A stretch of DNA of 64,000 nucleotides from Terrimicrobiaceae bacterium (lineage in GTDB: Bacteria > Verrucomicrobiota > Verrucomicrobiia > Chthoniobacterales > Terrimicrobiaceae), in the NCBI GenBank assembly GCA_044353785.1, contig JBILBH010000006.1, forward strand, positions 7,910-71,909, given 5' to 3'. How positions within the stretch are numbered: position 1 is the stretch's first letter; each line of letters starts with the position of its first letter. Below, in pieces: positions 28,222 to 36,331 of this stretch. The notes beneath the pieces were generated by a model. It was not told the origin of the DNA. It saw nothing but the letters and a program-made list of their open reading frames with translations, and searched no databases. The position numbers and the translations under genes were made by a program.

Positions 28222-30144
28222 GTGCCCAAGCCCAAATCCAGCAAAAAGCCGCGCCGTGTCGCAAGGCCGCTCGTCAAGGAGCGCCGCAAGAAGCGTCATG
28301 TGCTGCTGGTCGCCTTGTTGAAAATCGGGATCGTCACCGCCCTGCTCTGGTCGATTGTCGGGGCTGCCTACTATGGCTGGGCGCATGTGTTCGATATCAA
28401 GGAAATCCACGAAATGGACGAGCGTTCGGTGATCTACGACCACGAGGGGAAATATTATTCCCGCCTTGCTGGCGAGAATCGTGTGACTGTGCCATTCGAC
28501 AAGGTGTCGAACGATTTCTACAACGCGCTCATCAGCCGCGAGGACACGAGGTTTTACAAACACCACGGCATCGATCCCATCGGCATCGCCCGCGCCGTGG
28601 TGCGCAATCTTTTCCTCGGAGGCTTCCGCGAGGGCGCCAGCACGATCACGCAGCAGCTCGCGCGCAACAGTTTTCCCCTCGGAGGAAAAAATCTTCACCG
28701 CAAACTCATCGAAGCCGCTCTGGCCTTCCGCATCGAGACGGAACTCACGAAAGAGGATATCCTCACGGCTTATGTGAACCGCATTTACTTTGGCTCGGGC
28801 ACCTACGGCATCGAAGCGGCAAGCCAGACCTACTTCGGGAAACCGGCGTCGAAACTCAATCTTCCGGAGTCAGCAACCCTTGCCGGACTCATCCGCAGCC
28901 CGAATCGCTTTTCCCCGCTCAACAATCCCAATGGCTCCCTGCGCGAGCGCAACACGGTGCTGGGCCGCATGCGCGATCTGGGTTTCATTACCACCCTGCA
29001 ATACGACGAGGCATCGGCCAGTCCGCTGCTTGCCATGCCGCGCATCAAAACCTCGCCGGAAGACAACTGGGCGATGGATGCCATACTTCGCGAGCTGGAA
29101 CTCGTGCTGGAGCCGGGGCAGATGAACGAGGGAGGGCTGAAAATTTATACCACGATCGATGGCCCGCTCCAAGCCGCCGCAGAGGAGTCCTTGCGCAATC
29201 GCTTGCAGGCTGTGGAAGCACAGCCGGGCTACCCGCACAAGCCGATGAGCGATTTCGCAGGCGCTGTTTTGGATGGTGAAAAATCTGCGCCGTATCTGCA
29301 AGCGGCAGCGATTGCGTTGGACAACAAAAGTGGCGGCATTCGGGCGATTGTCGGAGGGCGTGACTATGAGAACAGCAAGTTCCACCGCGCGCTCTTCGGA
29401 AAACGCCAGGCTGGATCTGTCATCAAGCCCTTCGTCTATGCCTGTGCTTTCGAATCCGGTATCGCGCCGAATGATCCTGTCTCCGACGACCGCATCCAAT
29501 CGGGAGAAATTCCGCGTAAATTTGGGAGCTATGACCCCTCGAACTCGGATGGATCGTATCGAGGCATCCGGCCTGCGGGAGAGGGTTTGATTGAATCCCG
29601 CAACACCATGACTGTGCGACTCGGGATGCGGGCTGGTTTGGATCGCATCGCCAACATGGTTGTGAAGGCCGGTATCGCAGTGGACCCCCCGCGCTATCCT
29701 GCGATTTGCCTCGGGGCCTTTGAAACCAACCTCAAGGACATCACGTCCGCTTACACCGTCTTTGCAACCGGCGGGGTGAAGTTGCAGCCCTACCTGATCG
29801 ACCGGGTTTTCGATGCACGGGGAAATGCCCTCTACAAATCGACGCGCGGCCGAATTCCTGTAATGAACCCTGCTGCGGCGCGAATAACAACTTCGCTTTT
29901 GGAGGATGTCGTGACTCGCGGCACAGCGGCCCGCGCGAGGGAGTTTGGCCTGACTGGAAAAGGCGGTGGAAAAACCGGAACAACGAACAACTACCTCGAC
30001 GCCTGGTTCGTTGGATTCGATCCCGCTCTGACCTGCGGCGTCTGGGTTGGCTTCGACAAGCCGCGTCCGATCAAGCCCGGCGGCTACGGCGGAGCACTGG
30101 CCCTGCCGATCTGGGTCGATATCGTCGAAGCTGCGAAGCGCTGA
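28222..30144 (+). CDS. Class A penicillin-binding protein (GT51 transglycosylase + transpeptidase)
   Basis: N-terminal membrane anchor. GT51 motifs EDTRFYKHHGID, GASTITQQLARN and RKLIEA. Transpeptidase motifs SVIK (SxxK) and KTGTTN. Confidence 0.9.
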   Translation: MPKPKSSKKPRRVARPLVKERRKKRHVLLVALLKIGIVTALLWSIVGAAYYGWAHVFDIKEIHEMDERSVIYDHEGKYYSRLAGENRVTVPFDKVSNDFYNALISREDTRFYKHHGIDPIGIARAVVRNLFLGGFREGASTITQQLARNSFPLGGKNLHRKLIEAALAFRIETELTKEDILTAYVNRIYFGSGTYGIEAASQTYFGKPASKLNLPESATLAGLIRSPNRFSPLNNPNGSLRERNTVLGRMRDLGFITTLQYDEASASPLLAMPRIKTSPEDNWAMDAILRELELVLEPGQMNEGGLKIYTTIDGPLQAAAEESLRNRLQAVEAQPGYPHKPMSDFAGAVLDGEKSAPYLQAAAIALDNKSGGIRAIVGGRDYENSKFHRALFGKRQAGSVIKPFVYACAFESGIAPNDPVSDDRIQSGEIPRKFGSYDPSNSDGSYRGIRPAGEGLIESRNTMTVRLGMRAGLDRIANMVVKAGIAVDPPRYPAICLGAFETNLKDITSAYTVFATGGVKLQPYLIDRVFDARGNALYKSTRGRIPVMNPAAARITTSLLEDVVTRGTAARAREFGLTGKGGGKTGTTNNYLDAWFVGFDPALTCGVWVGFDKPRPIKPGGYGGALALPIWVDIVEAAKR

Positions 30145-30169
30145 GAATCAGCGCTGCATTGGACCAAAT

Positions 30170-30484
30170 TCATGCCATTTTAGCGCTGCGGATGGCAACT
30201 TCAGCGGCAAGGCTCAGGCTCCCATGGTGCTCGGCGAGGCGCTCGAGTTTCTCACGAATCTCAGGTGCAAGCAGCAGAGTCGTTCGGACATGTGCTCGCG
30301 GTTTACGTCCAGCCCCTGGGCGGTATCCTCCTCGCATCGACTCTAGAGTCTTGCTGGCCGCTTGGCGAACAGCCTGAATCTCCTGTGCCGTTGTATTGGA
30401 ACGGAAGGTAGAAAGGTTGTCCTCGATTTGCTGCTCGTAAGAGCTTAACGAAACGCCGAGGGATTTTTTCACATCGTATTTCAT
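30170..30484 (-). CDS. Ribbon-helix-helix (CopG-like) antitoxin-like small protein
   Basis: I take the start as ATG 30484-30482 (MKYDVKKSL...), which overlaps the stop of the upstream toxin remnant (ATGA). The C-terminal RTTLLLAPEIREKLERLAEHHGSLSLAAEVAIRSA looks like an RHH DNA-binding module. The 129-aa ORF in the track is probably over-extended. Confidence 0.45.
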   Translation of the reverse strand: MKYDVKKSLGVSLSSYEQQIEDNLSTFRSNTTAQEIQAVRQAASKTLESMRGGYRPGAGRKPRAHVRTTLLLAPEIREKLERLAEHHGSLSLAAEVAIRSAKMA

Positions 30485-30734
30485 CGGTGGTGGCTTTTTT
30501 GGAGGTTGCGGTATGGGAAAACCGTGATCATGCGCAAACCCGTTCCCCGGAATTCGCACGCCACGGCATGAACATAGCCGTTTATATCAACAGCGAGCAC
30601 GATTTGCCCCGGATGCACCGAGTCGGTATAATGTCCAAAAGACCAACTGCTTCAATAGCTTACAGAATAATTTCCCATGTCAGTGCACGATCCTTCAGGC
30701 TTTGTTTATTCGGGTCGCCTGGCAGGATGCGCAT
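30481..30734 (-). pseudogene. Decayed DUF4258-like toxin gene (in-frame TAA plus a frameshift)
   Basis: My translation from the ATG at 30734 gives MRILPGDPNKQSLKDRALTWEIIL, then TAA at 30662-30660. A second frame reads ...GHYTDSVHPGQIVLAVDINGYVHAVACEFRGTGLRMITVFPYRNLQKSHHR and stops at 30483-30481. Joined, the pieces resemble the DUF4258 pattern (xTWEEI...Y.D...p..ilL....g..lHvV.......i.iITVY.P). The total length of 254 nt is not a multiple of 3. Confidence 0.4.
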
Positions 30735-30798
30735 TTGAAAAAGTTAGCTCTTTTTCAAAACTCTCCAATCCCCACATTTTTATTCCTACTGCGTTTGG

Positions 30799-32610
30799 CT
30801 ACTGCAGACGGACATTGAACTCGAGCTTCCAGCTTTCGCCCGAGGCTGGGTGGAGGAAGTGGAGTTCGAGGTTCCCGAGTTCGGTCACTCTTGCTTCGAG
30901 GCGGACGGGAACTTCCTCGCCCGGTTGATGTCCGGCAGGCGGAGGGATTTCAATTTGCAGGCGAGCGGACTCTTCGAGTTCTGCGGCATCGGGCAGCATC
31001 TGGCCGGGCTGATCGCCGGCTCGGACTTCGGATTGGAAGAAGCGGAATTCTGAGGATTCGCCGGTGTAGAGGAAGAATTCTTGTCCGGAGATTTCGAGGA
31101 GGGTTCCCTCTTCCATGCCTTGAGGGGCGACGCAGAGGGCCTTGGTGGCGGGTCGCCGGCCCGGGACGGCCATGGCGGAGGATTCCATGCCGATGTAGTA
31201 GGAACGAGCGGTGCCGGACTTGATGCGTAGACCTTCGCCCGTTGCGCGCAGACGGGCATAGGCGGCAGCGCCGAGGGCGACGGCGTGGTCGGGACGTGAG
31301 CCTTCCAGTTCACGGATCGGCGTGCCTGCCCATTGGCTCAATTGCTCAAGCACGCGCTGGCGCAGAGGGGAGGCGTTGAAGACGCCTCCATTGAAGAGAA
31401 CGGCATCGGGCAGCAGGAGCGGGGAGCGCGCGAGGCGGTCGCTGCCGCCTATGGCTTCAATGAGGTGGGCGGACGAGGCGGCATTGGCTTTGGCCCGCGA
31501 GAGGAAGCGGGCGAGATGCTTTGAAATGGCTGCATCCGCCGCATAGGGCAGGCCGGATTCCCTGAGACCTCCAGCTCGCCGCAGGAGGGGCATTTCATCG
31601 TTTCGCACGATGGGAAAAAAACCGTCGATGGCGATTTGTTGCACATCATCCCGCGTGAGAACCGCGCTGATGGTGGAGGCAATGAGTTTGCGGCCGCGCG
31701 AGGGGATCGAGATCGGGGTTTCTTGCAGCGAGGGATTTGACAGCAGGGCCTCTTTGGCGGTGCGGACGGTTTGGATGAGGGCGAGGAATTGCCAGTCGTC
31801 AAGGGTGGTTCCTGCTGTGTTGAGTTTTTCCGAAACGGCGTGGGCCAGCGCGAGGTCCATGTTGTCGCCGCCGAGCAGGAGGTGCTCGCCAACGGCGATG
31901 CGCTCCAAGGCGAGGCTGCCGTCTTTTCCTGTCACTGCGATGAGGCTGAAATCCGCCGTTCCGCCGCCGACATCGCAGACGAGCAGAAGGTCACCGGATT
32001 TCACCTGTTTGCGCCATTCGGCGCCTTGGTTTTCCAGCCAGGCGTAAAACGCCGCCTGGGGCTCTTCGAGAAGAGTGACCTCGTGCAGGCCGGCTTGTGT
32101 AGCGGCCTCGAGGGTGAGTGCGCGGGCGGCTTCGTCAAAGGAGGCCGGAACTGTGATGACGGAGTGTTGAAGTGTCGCGTCGGGATGTGCTGCGCGGATA
32201 TTTGCGAGCATGTGCGAGAGGAGTTCCCGCGAGACTTCGAGGGGTGAGAGTTTTTTTTCCACCGCAGTGCTGCCCCATGGAAGAATCGGGCCGCGCCGGT
32301 CGGCATGCGGATGGCAGAGCCAGCTTTTTGCAGAGGCGATGAGGCGGTCGGGTTGCAGTGCTCCGCGGTCGCGGGCGAAGGTGCCAAGGAACGAATGGGT
32401 TTCTGTTTGTTGCCACGGGAGTTGCGGCCCTCCTTCAGGAAATTCGCCTGCGGCGGGAATGTAGAGCGCTGATGGAAGGAGCGGGCGCTCTCCGATGCCA
32501 GAGGCGTTCATCACTTGCGTGATGGCTAGGATTTCAGGCAGTCCGGCATCCGATGCCTTCGCAATGGCGCAGTTGCTGGTGCCGAGGTCGATTCCAAAGT
32601 AGTGGCTCAT
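30799..32610 (-). CDS. Hsp70-family ATPase, non-canonical (not DnaK proper)
   Basis: Actin-like ATPase motifs FGIDLGTSNCAI and VCDVGGGTADFSLI. 603 aa with a short divergent C-terminal domain. It starts 11 nt after a DUF2760 gene. Confidence 0.85.
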   Translation of the reverse strand: MSHYFGIDLGTSNCAIAKASDAGLPEILAITQVMNASGIGERPLLPSALYIPAAGEFPEGGPQLPWQQTETHSFLGTFARDRGALQPDRLIASAKSWLCHPHADRRGPILPWGSTAVEKKLSPLEVSRELLSHMLANIRAAHPDATLQHSVITVPASFDEAARALTLEAATQAGLHEVTLLEEPQAAFYAWLENQGAEWRKQVKSGDLLLVCDVGGGTADFSLIAVTGKDGSLALERIAVGEHLLLGGDNMDLALAHAVSEKLNTAGTTLDDWQFLALIQTVRTAKEALLSNPSLQETPISIPSRGRKLIASTISAVLTRDDVQQIAIDGFFPIVRNDEMPLLRRAGGLRESGLPYAADAAISKHLARFLSRAKANAASSAHLIEAIGGSDRLARSPLLLPDAVLFNGGVFNASPLRQRVLEQLSQWAGTPIRELEGSRPDHAVALGAAAYARLRATGEGLRIKSGTARSYYIGMESSAMAVPGRRPATKALCVAPQGMEEGTLLEISGQEFFLYTGESSEFRFFQSEVRAGDQPGQMLPDAAELEESARLQIEIPPPAGHQPGEEVPVRLEARVTELGNLELHFLHPASGESWKLEFNVRLQ

Positions 32611-32621
32611 TTTTTGATGGA

Positions 32622-33224
32622 TCAGTTGCCGCTGACTTCGACTTCGGCCGGGGCTAGAACCGGCCAGGGGCGTTTTTCTGTAGTGCTTGTGACGCGCGGG
32701 AGTTTCACGCCCTGGGCGATCCAGCCCGGATGCAGAAGTTTGCCCTTGTAGGGTGGGTTCTCTGGAACCGAGCCGAGAAGACGGTAGGCAGGGGCGTCGT
32801 AGCCCTCCTCCAGTGTGAGGCAGGTTCCTTCGGCGGCCGTTTGCAGAGGAGTGATCTCAAAATACTCGTCGAGGACTTTGCGGCAGCCGGCGTGGACGAC
32901 GCGGGCGGCGGATCCGATCTGGGCATCGGTTGCGGCAGCAATGTCTTCTTTGGCGAAATCCACCAACCGGCCGTGCTCTTGGAGGAGCGAAAGAAAAGCA
33001 ACGATCTCCGCCTCGGCGCGGGGAGGCGGAGCTGCAGGCTTTGCGGGTGCGGCAGCCTCGGGCTTTTGCTTGGGCTGAGGTCGGATCGCCAAAAACACGA
33101 GGACCATGCCAATGGCGGCGGACGCGGTCTGCGCGGACAGTGTGAGATTTTGTTCGGGAAAATAAACGGCGGCGGCATTGAGACCGAGAAGGACGGCGCC
33201 GCAGGCAATCAGGCTGTTTTTCAT
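32622..33224 (-). CDS. DUF2760-domain membrane protein
   Basis: The likely start is MKNSLIACGAVLLGLNAAAVYF (ATG 33224). It has two N-terminal hydrophobic segments and an Ala/Pro linker. The C-terminal block FLSLLQEHGRLVDFAKEDIAAATDAQIGSAARVVHAGCRKVLDEYF...KGKLLHPGW matches what I recall of DUF2760. Confidence 0.6.
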   Translation of the reverse strand: MKNSLIACGAVLLGLNAAAVYFPEQNLTLSAQTASAAIGMVLVFLAIRPQPKQKPEAAAPAKPAAPPPRAEAEIVAFLSLLQEHGRLVDFAKEDIAAATDAQIGSAARVVHAGCRKVLDEYFEITPLQTAAEGTCLTLEEGYDAPAYRLLGSVPENPPYKGKLLHPGWIAQGVKLPRVTSTTEKRPWPVLAPAEVEVSGN

Positions 33225-33339
33225 ACGGGGCGGGATAGTGCGAGATGCTGCTTTTCTTGGCAATGGAGATTCCACCCCATGCAGGCGGGCTTTTGCGTTT
33301 GATTTTTCGGTGGTCGTGGAGAATGATGAGCACTGATCA

Positions 33340-33413
33340 GCACCCGTAGCTCAATTGGATAGAGTGACGGTCTCCGAAGCCGTAGGTTGTGGGTTCGACC
33401 CCCGCCGGGTGCA
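33340..33413 (+). tRNA. tRNA-Arg (anticodon CCG)
   Basis: I folded the cloverleaf by hand. Acceptor GCACCCG/CGGGTGC, D-stem GCTC/GAGT, anticodon stem ACGGT/GCCGT with loop CTCCGAA, T-arm GTGGG-TTCGACC-CCCGC. No encoded CCA. Confidence 0.9.
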
Positions 33414-33542
33414 GATTTTTGTAGAGGCTCATTTTGGTGTTGCGCAAACCGGACGAATCATTACGCTGCGCAACCTGTCATTTCCAAAAGCGACTGAACA
33501 ACGTAAGCCGATGGAGGCGACGAAAAACCCACAAACCCTTTT

Positions 33543-33617
33543 GCCAGGGTAGCTCAGAGGTAGAGCAGGGGACTCATAAGCCCTTGGTCGGGAGTTCAAT
33601 TCTCCCCCCTGGCACCA
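33543..33617 (+). tRNA. tRNA with CAT anticodon (elongator Met or lysidine-dependent Ile2); CCA encoded
   Basis: Acceptor GCCAGGG/CCCTGGC with G1-C72 paired, so it is not an initiator. D-stem GCTC/GAGC, anticodon loop CTCATAA, T-arm GGGAG-TTCAATT-CTCCC, then ACCA. The GAGCAGGxGACTCATAA...TTGGTCG context resembles Ile2-type tRNAs. There is one A31-G39 mismatch. Confidence 0.85.
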
Positions 33618-33626
33618 ACACATTTT

Positions 33627-33899
33627 ATGGCCAACACAAAATCAGCAGAAAAAAGCGCCCGCCAAAGCGAGAAGCGCCATGCCCGCAACGCATCCGTGAT
33701 CACAGCTATCAAATCACGTCAGAAGAAGCTTCGCACCGTAATCTCCAGCGGTGACGCGGCGGCAGCCAAGGTCGAATTCGACGGTCTCTCCTCCGCTCTC
33801 GACAAGGCAGCCAAGCGCGGTATCATTCATCGCAACGTGGCCAACCGCCGCAAGAGCCGCCTGAACAAGGCAGTGATCGCTGCGAAAGCCGCGAAGTAA
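33627..33899 (+). CDS. rpsT: 30S ribosomal protein S20
   Basis: [24 protein letters not shown]...[20 protein letters not shown] is a canonical S20 sequence. Confidence 0.95.
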   Translation: MANTKSAEKSARQSEKRHARNASVITAIKSRQKKLRTVISSGDAAAAKVEFDGLSSALDKAAKRGIIHRNVANRRKSRLNKAVIAAKAAK

Positions 33900-33923
33900 G
33901 TTTTTTTCGATTTCCCCCCCCTT

Positions 33924-33969
33924 CGAACGGCGCGATCCGCTAAAACAGACGCGCCGTTCGATATTTTTT
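33924..33969 (+). terminator. Rho-independent terminator of rpsT
   Basis: Perfect 11-bp GC-rich stem CGAACGGCGCG (33924-33934) / CGCGCCGTTCG (33950-33960), followed by ATATTTTTTG. Confidence 0.8.
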
Positions 33970-33982
33970 GCCGTGCCGACGC

Positions 33983-34792
33983 ATGGCGAATTTGTTTGAT
34001 TCAGGCATGGCACCGAAACGGCCGCGTTCCGTGAAAAAGACGCGTCAGTCTCTTTACTCCACTCTCACAGGTGTGGAGGCGGGCTATGTCCCCAAGCGTT
34101 GGGTGAAATTTCCGACCGGCATTCTCCTGCTCCTGCCCTGCGTTGTTCTGACCCTCTCATTTTACGAAGCCTTTCTAAAAAGCGCGGCTCATGCCGGATT
34201 TTTGCTGAGCGAAGAGTTTAGCGGTTTCGCAATTGGCGGTTTGGTCGGCCTGCTCTGGTTTTTCGCCTGCACCCCGCTGCGACTGCTCTATGTGATGGGG
34301 CATGAACTCACCCACGCTCTGTGGGTCTGGATTCACGGCGGTCGTGTGCATGATTTTCATGTCCGGGAAAATGGTGGACATGTGGTGACGGACAGGACGA
34401 ATACTTTGATCATCCTCGCGCCGTATTTCTTCCCCTTCTACACACTCTGCTGGGTCGGGGCATATGGATTCGCGATGTTTTGTTTCGATCTGCAGGGATT
34501 CCCCGGCCTGTTATATTTCGGGCTTGGTTTCACTTGGTTCCTGCACCTCGCCTACACGGTATGGATGATTCAAAAGGGCCAGCCCGACCTCGAATATGGC
34601 GGCGCCTTTTTTTCCCTCACCGTGATCTATCTGGCGAACCTCTCCTTCATCTCTGCGCTGTTGGTCATCGCCTCTCCAAGCGTTAGTTGGATTGGGTTTG
34701 CGGGCGATCTTTTGCACAATGCCACCGAGGTGTCTGCGGTGATCGTGCAAGTCGTGGAGATCGCCATCCAGAGCCTTTTGCGGATGGTGTAA
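33983..34792 (+). CDS. Polytopic membrane protein with HExxH motif (putative intramembrane metalloprotease-like)
   Basis: I chose the ATG at 33983 (MANLFDSG...) because the TTG at 33968 lies inside the rpsT terminator T-tract. There are several hydrophobic segments, and MGHELTHALW sits at a membrane-helix boundary. Confidence 0.45.
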   Translation: MANLFDSGMAPKRPRSVKKTRQSLYSTLTGVEAGYVPKRWVKFPTGILLLLPCVVLTLSFYEAFLKSAAHAGFLLSEEFSGFAIGGLVGLLWFFACTPLRLLYVMGHELTHALWVWIHGGRVHDFHVRENGGHVVTDRTNTLIILAPYFFPFYTLCWVGAYGFAMFCFDLQGFPGLLYFGLGFTWFLHLAYTVWMIQKGQPDLEYGGAFFSLTVIYLANLSFISALLVIASPSVSWIGFAGDLLHNATEVSAVIVQVVEIAIQSLLRMV

Positions 34793-34801
34793 GAGGATTT
34801 T

Positions 34802-35122
34802 TCAGGCGGTCTTTTCGCAACTCGCGATCACCCAAGCGGAGTAGGCTTGCGAGGCTTGAACCGCTTCAAAAAACGCGATCTCCGGGGTCTCGTAGGGGTG
34901 CAGGGAAAGGAGCTCGGATTCGAAGGCACTCGCTGCTATTTTTGGAATTTTAAAAATTACGACCACCTCGGCGGAGTCTTCGATGGCATCCTTCCATCGG
35001 TAAATGGATCGTGCGCCAGGAAGGATTATGCCGCAGGCGGCGGACTTTTTTTCTACAAGTTGACGGATGATGTGCGCGGCTGTGGGTTCGTCGGGGAGCG
35101 TGGTGACGACGAAGAGGATCAT
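34802..35122 (-). CDS. cutA: Divalent-cation tolerance protein CutA
   Basis: MILFVVTTLPDEPTAAHIIRQLVEKKSAACGIILPGARSIYRWKDAIEDSAEVVVIFK...LHPYETPEI is a canonical CutA1 pattern. The ATG at 35122 overlaps the mnmA stop (ATGA). Confidence 0.85.
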   Translation of the reverse strand: MILFVVTTLPDEPTAAHIIRQLVEKKSAACGIILPGARSIYRWKDAIEDSAEVVVIFKIPKIAASAFESELLSLHPYETPEIAFFEAVQASQAYSAWVIASCEKTA

Positions 35123-36276
35123 GCCGCAACCGGCGCGGGTTCGCGTGTGATCCAACCGCCACCGACGACTACATCGCCATCATAGAAGACAGCTGCCTGG
35201 CCGGGTGTGATGGCGCGCTGCGGAGTGTTGAGTTGGATGCGGGCCTTGCCGCCTGGCAGGGCTTGGACGGTCGCGTCGGTGCCAGGATGCGCGTAGCGGA
35301 TTTTGACTGTGATGCGCTCACTGCTGGCGGGTTCACCGCGCAGCCAGTTTGCACGGTCCACTTCAAAGCCCTCGCGCACGAGGTCCTCCTCATCGCCGAC
35401 GATGACACGATTGGTCTGGGGATCGATGTCGATGACATAGCGCGGGCGCGGAGATCCCCCTGGCAGGCCCTTGCGCTGGCCGATGGTGAACATCTCGATC
35501 CCTTCGTGATCGGCGATGAAGTTGCCTTTTGTGTCGTAGATGCCGCCTTTGTGGAATTCCTCCTCACCAAGGTGTCCACGAAGAAAAGCTTTGTAGTCAT
35601 TGCCCGGCACGAAGCAGATTTCCTGGCTGTCCACCTTGTCGGCGACCCTCAGCCCGAGCCCTCGTGCGATCTCGCGAATTTCAGGTTTTTCCATGCCGCC
35701 CAGCGGCGTGAGGGCGTGTTGGAGTTGATCCTGGCCCAGGCTGAAGAGGAAATATGATTGGTCCTTGCGGGCGTCGCGCCCTTTGCGGAGCACGGCGTGG
35801 TTCTCGTGGTGGTCAATGATCGCGTAGTGGCCTGTGGCGATGAAGTCCGCGCCGAGGGAGCGAGCCTTGGTGCGGAGGTTGCCGAATTTGAGGTGCTCGT
35901 TGCACATCACGCATGGGTTTGGTGTGCGTCCTTTTTTATATTCGCTGGCGAAATAATCGATGACGATCTTTTCGAAATTGTCGGCCTCATCGACGACATA
36001 ATGCGGAATGCCGAGCTTGTGGGCGACGCCACGCGCATCGGCGATGGCCGATGGACCGCAGCATTTGTCCTCTGCGCGGGAGATGCAGTCCTGCGGCCAG
36101 ACTTTCATGGTTACGCCGATCACCTCCCATCCATCGCGTTGCAACAACGCAGCTGCGACGCTGGAATCCACTCCGCCGCTCATTCCGAGCAGCACCCTTC
36201 TGCCATTACCTTTCATGGGTGTGAGCATATGGAGTGCCGGCGGTGGCGTCAAATCGCAGGCTTCGCTTGGAGACAC
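35119..36276 (-). CDS. mnmA: tRNA-specific 2-thiouridylase MnmA
   Basis: PP-loop motif LLGMSGGVDSSVAA, CCGPSAIADARGVAHKLGIPHYV and ATGHYA. The true start may be an internal Met (MLTPMKGNG or MKGNG). Confidence 0.92.
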   Translation of the reverse strand: MSPSEACDLTPPPALHMLTPMKGNGRRVLLGMSGGVDSSVAAALLQRDGWEVIGVTMKVWPQDCISRAEDKCCGPSAIADARGVAHKLGIPHYVVDEADNFEKIVIDYFASEYKKGRTPNPCVMCNEHLKFGNLRTKARSLGADFIATGHYAIIDHHENHAVLRKGRDARKDQSYFLFSLGQDQLQHALTPLGGMEKPEIREIARGLGLRVADKVDSQEICFVPGNDYKAFLRGHLGEEEFHKGGIYDTKGNFIADHEGIEMFTIGQRKGLPGGSPRPRYVIDIDPQTNRVIVGDEEDLVREGFEVDRANWLRGEPASSERITVKIRYAHPGTDATVQALPGGKARIQLNTPQRAITPGQAAVFYDGDVVVGGGWITREPAPVAA

Positions 36277-36331
36277 GATTCTTGCGAAAGTCCGCTTTGG
36301 CCATTAGCAATAATGCCATCCTGAGAAGAGG

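Noticed and set aside
28167-29279. 370-aa plus-strand ORF overlapping the PBP gene in another frame
   Set aside because: It is extremely Arg/Pro/Gly/Ala/His-rich. The overlapping frame from 28222 carries all the GT51 and transpeptidase motifs.
33276-33630. tRNA genes as an integration hotspot or genomic-island boundary
   Set aside because: There is no integrase, no direct repeat of the tRNA 3' end and no phage or IS gene nearby. The flanking genes are housekeeping.
33355-33754. Three small ORFs (65, 64 and 106 aa) across the tRNA region
   Set aside because: They overlap two hand-folded canonical tRNA cloverleaves and the rpsT start. They are not coding.
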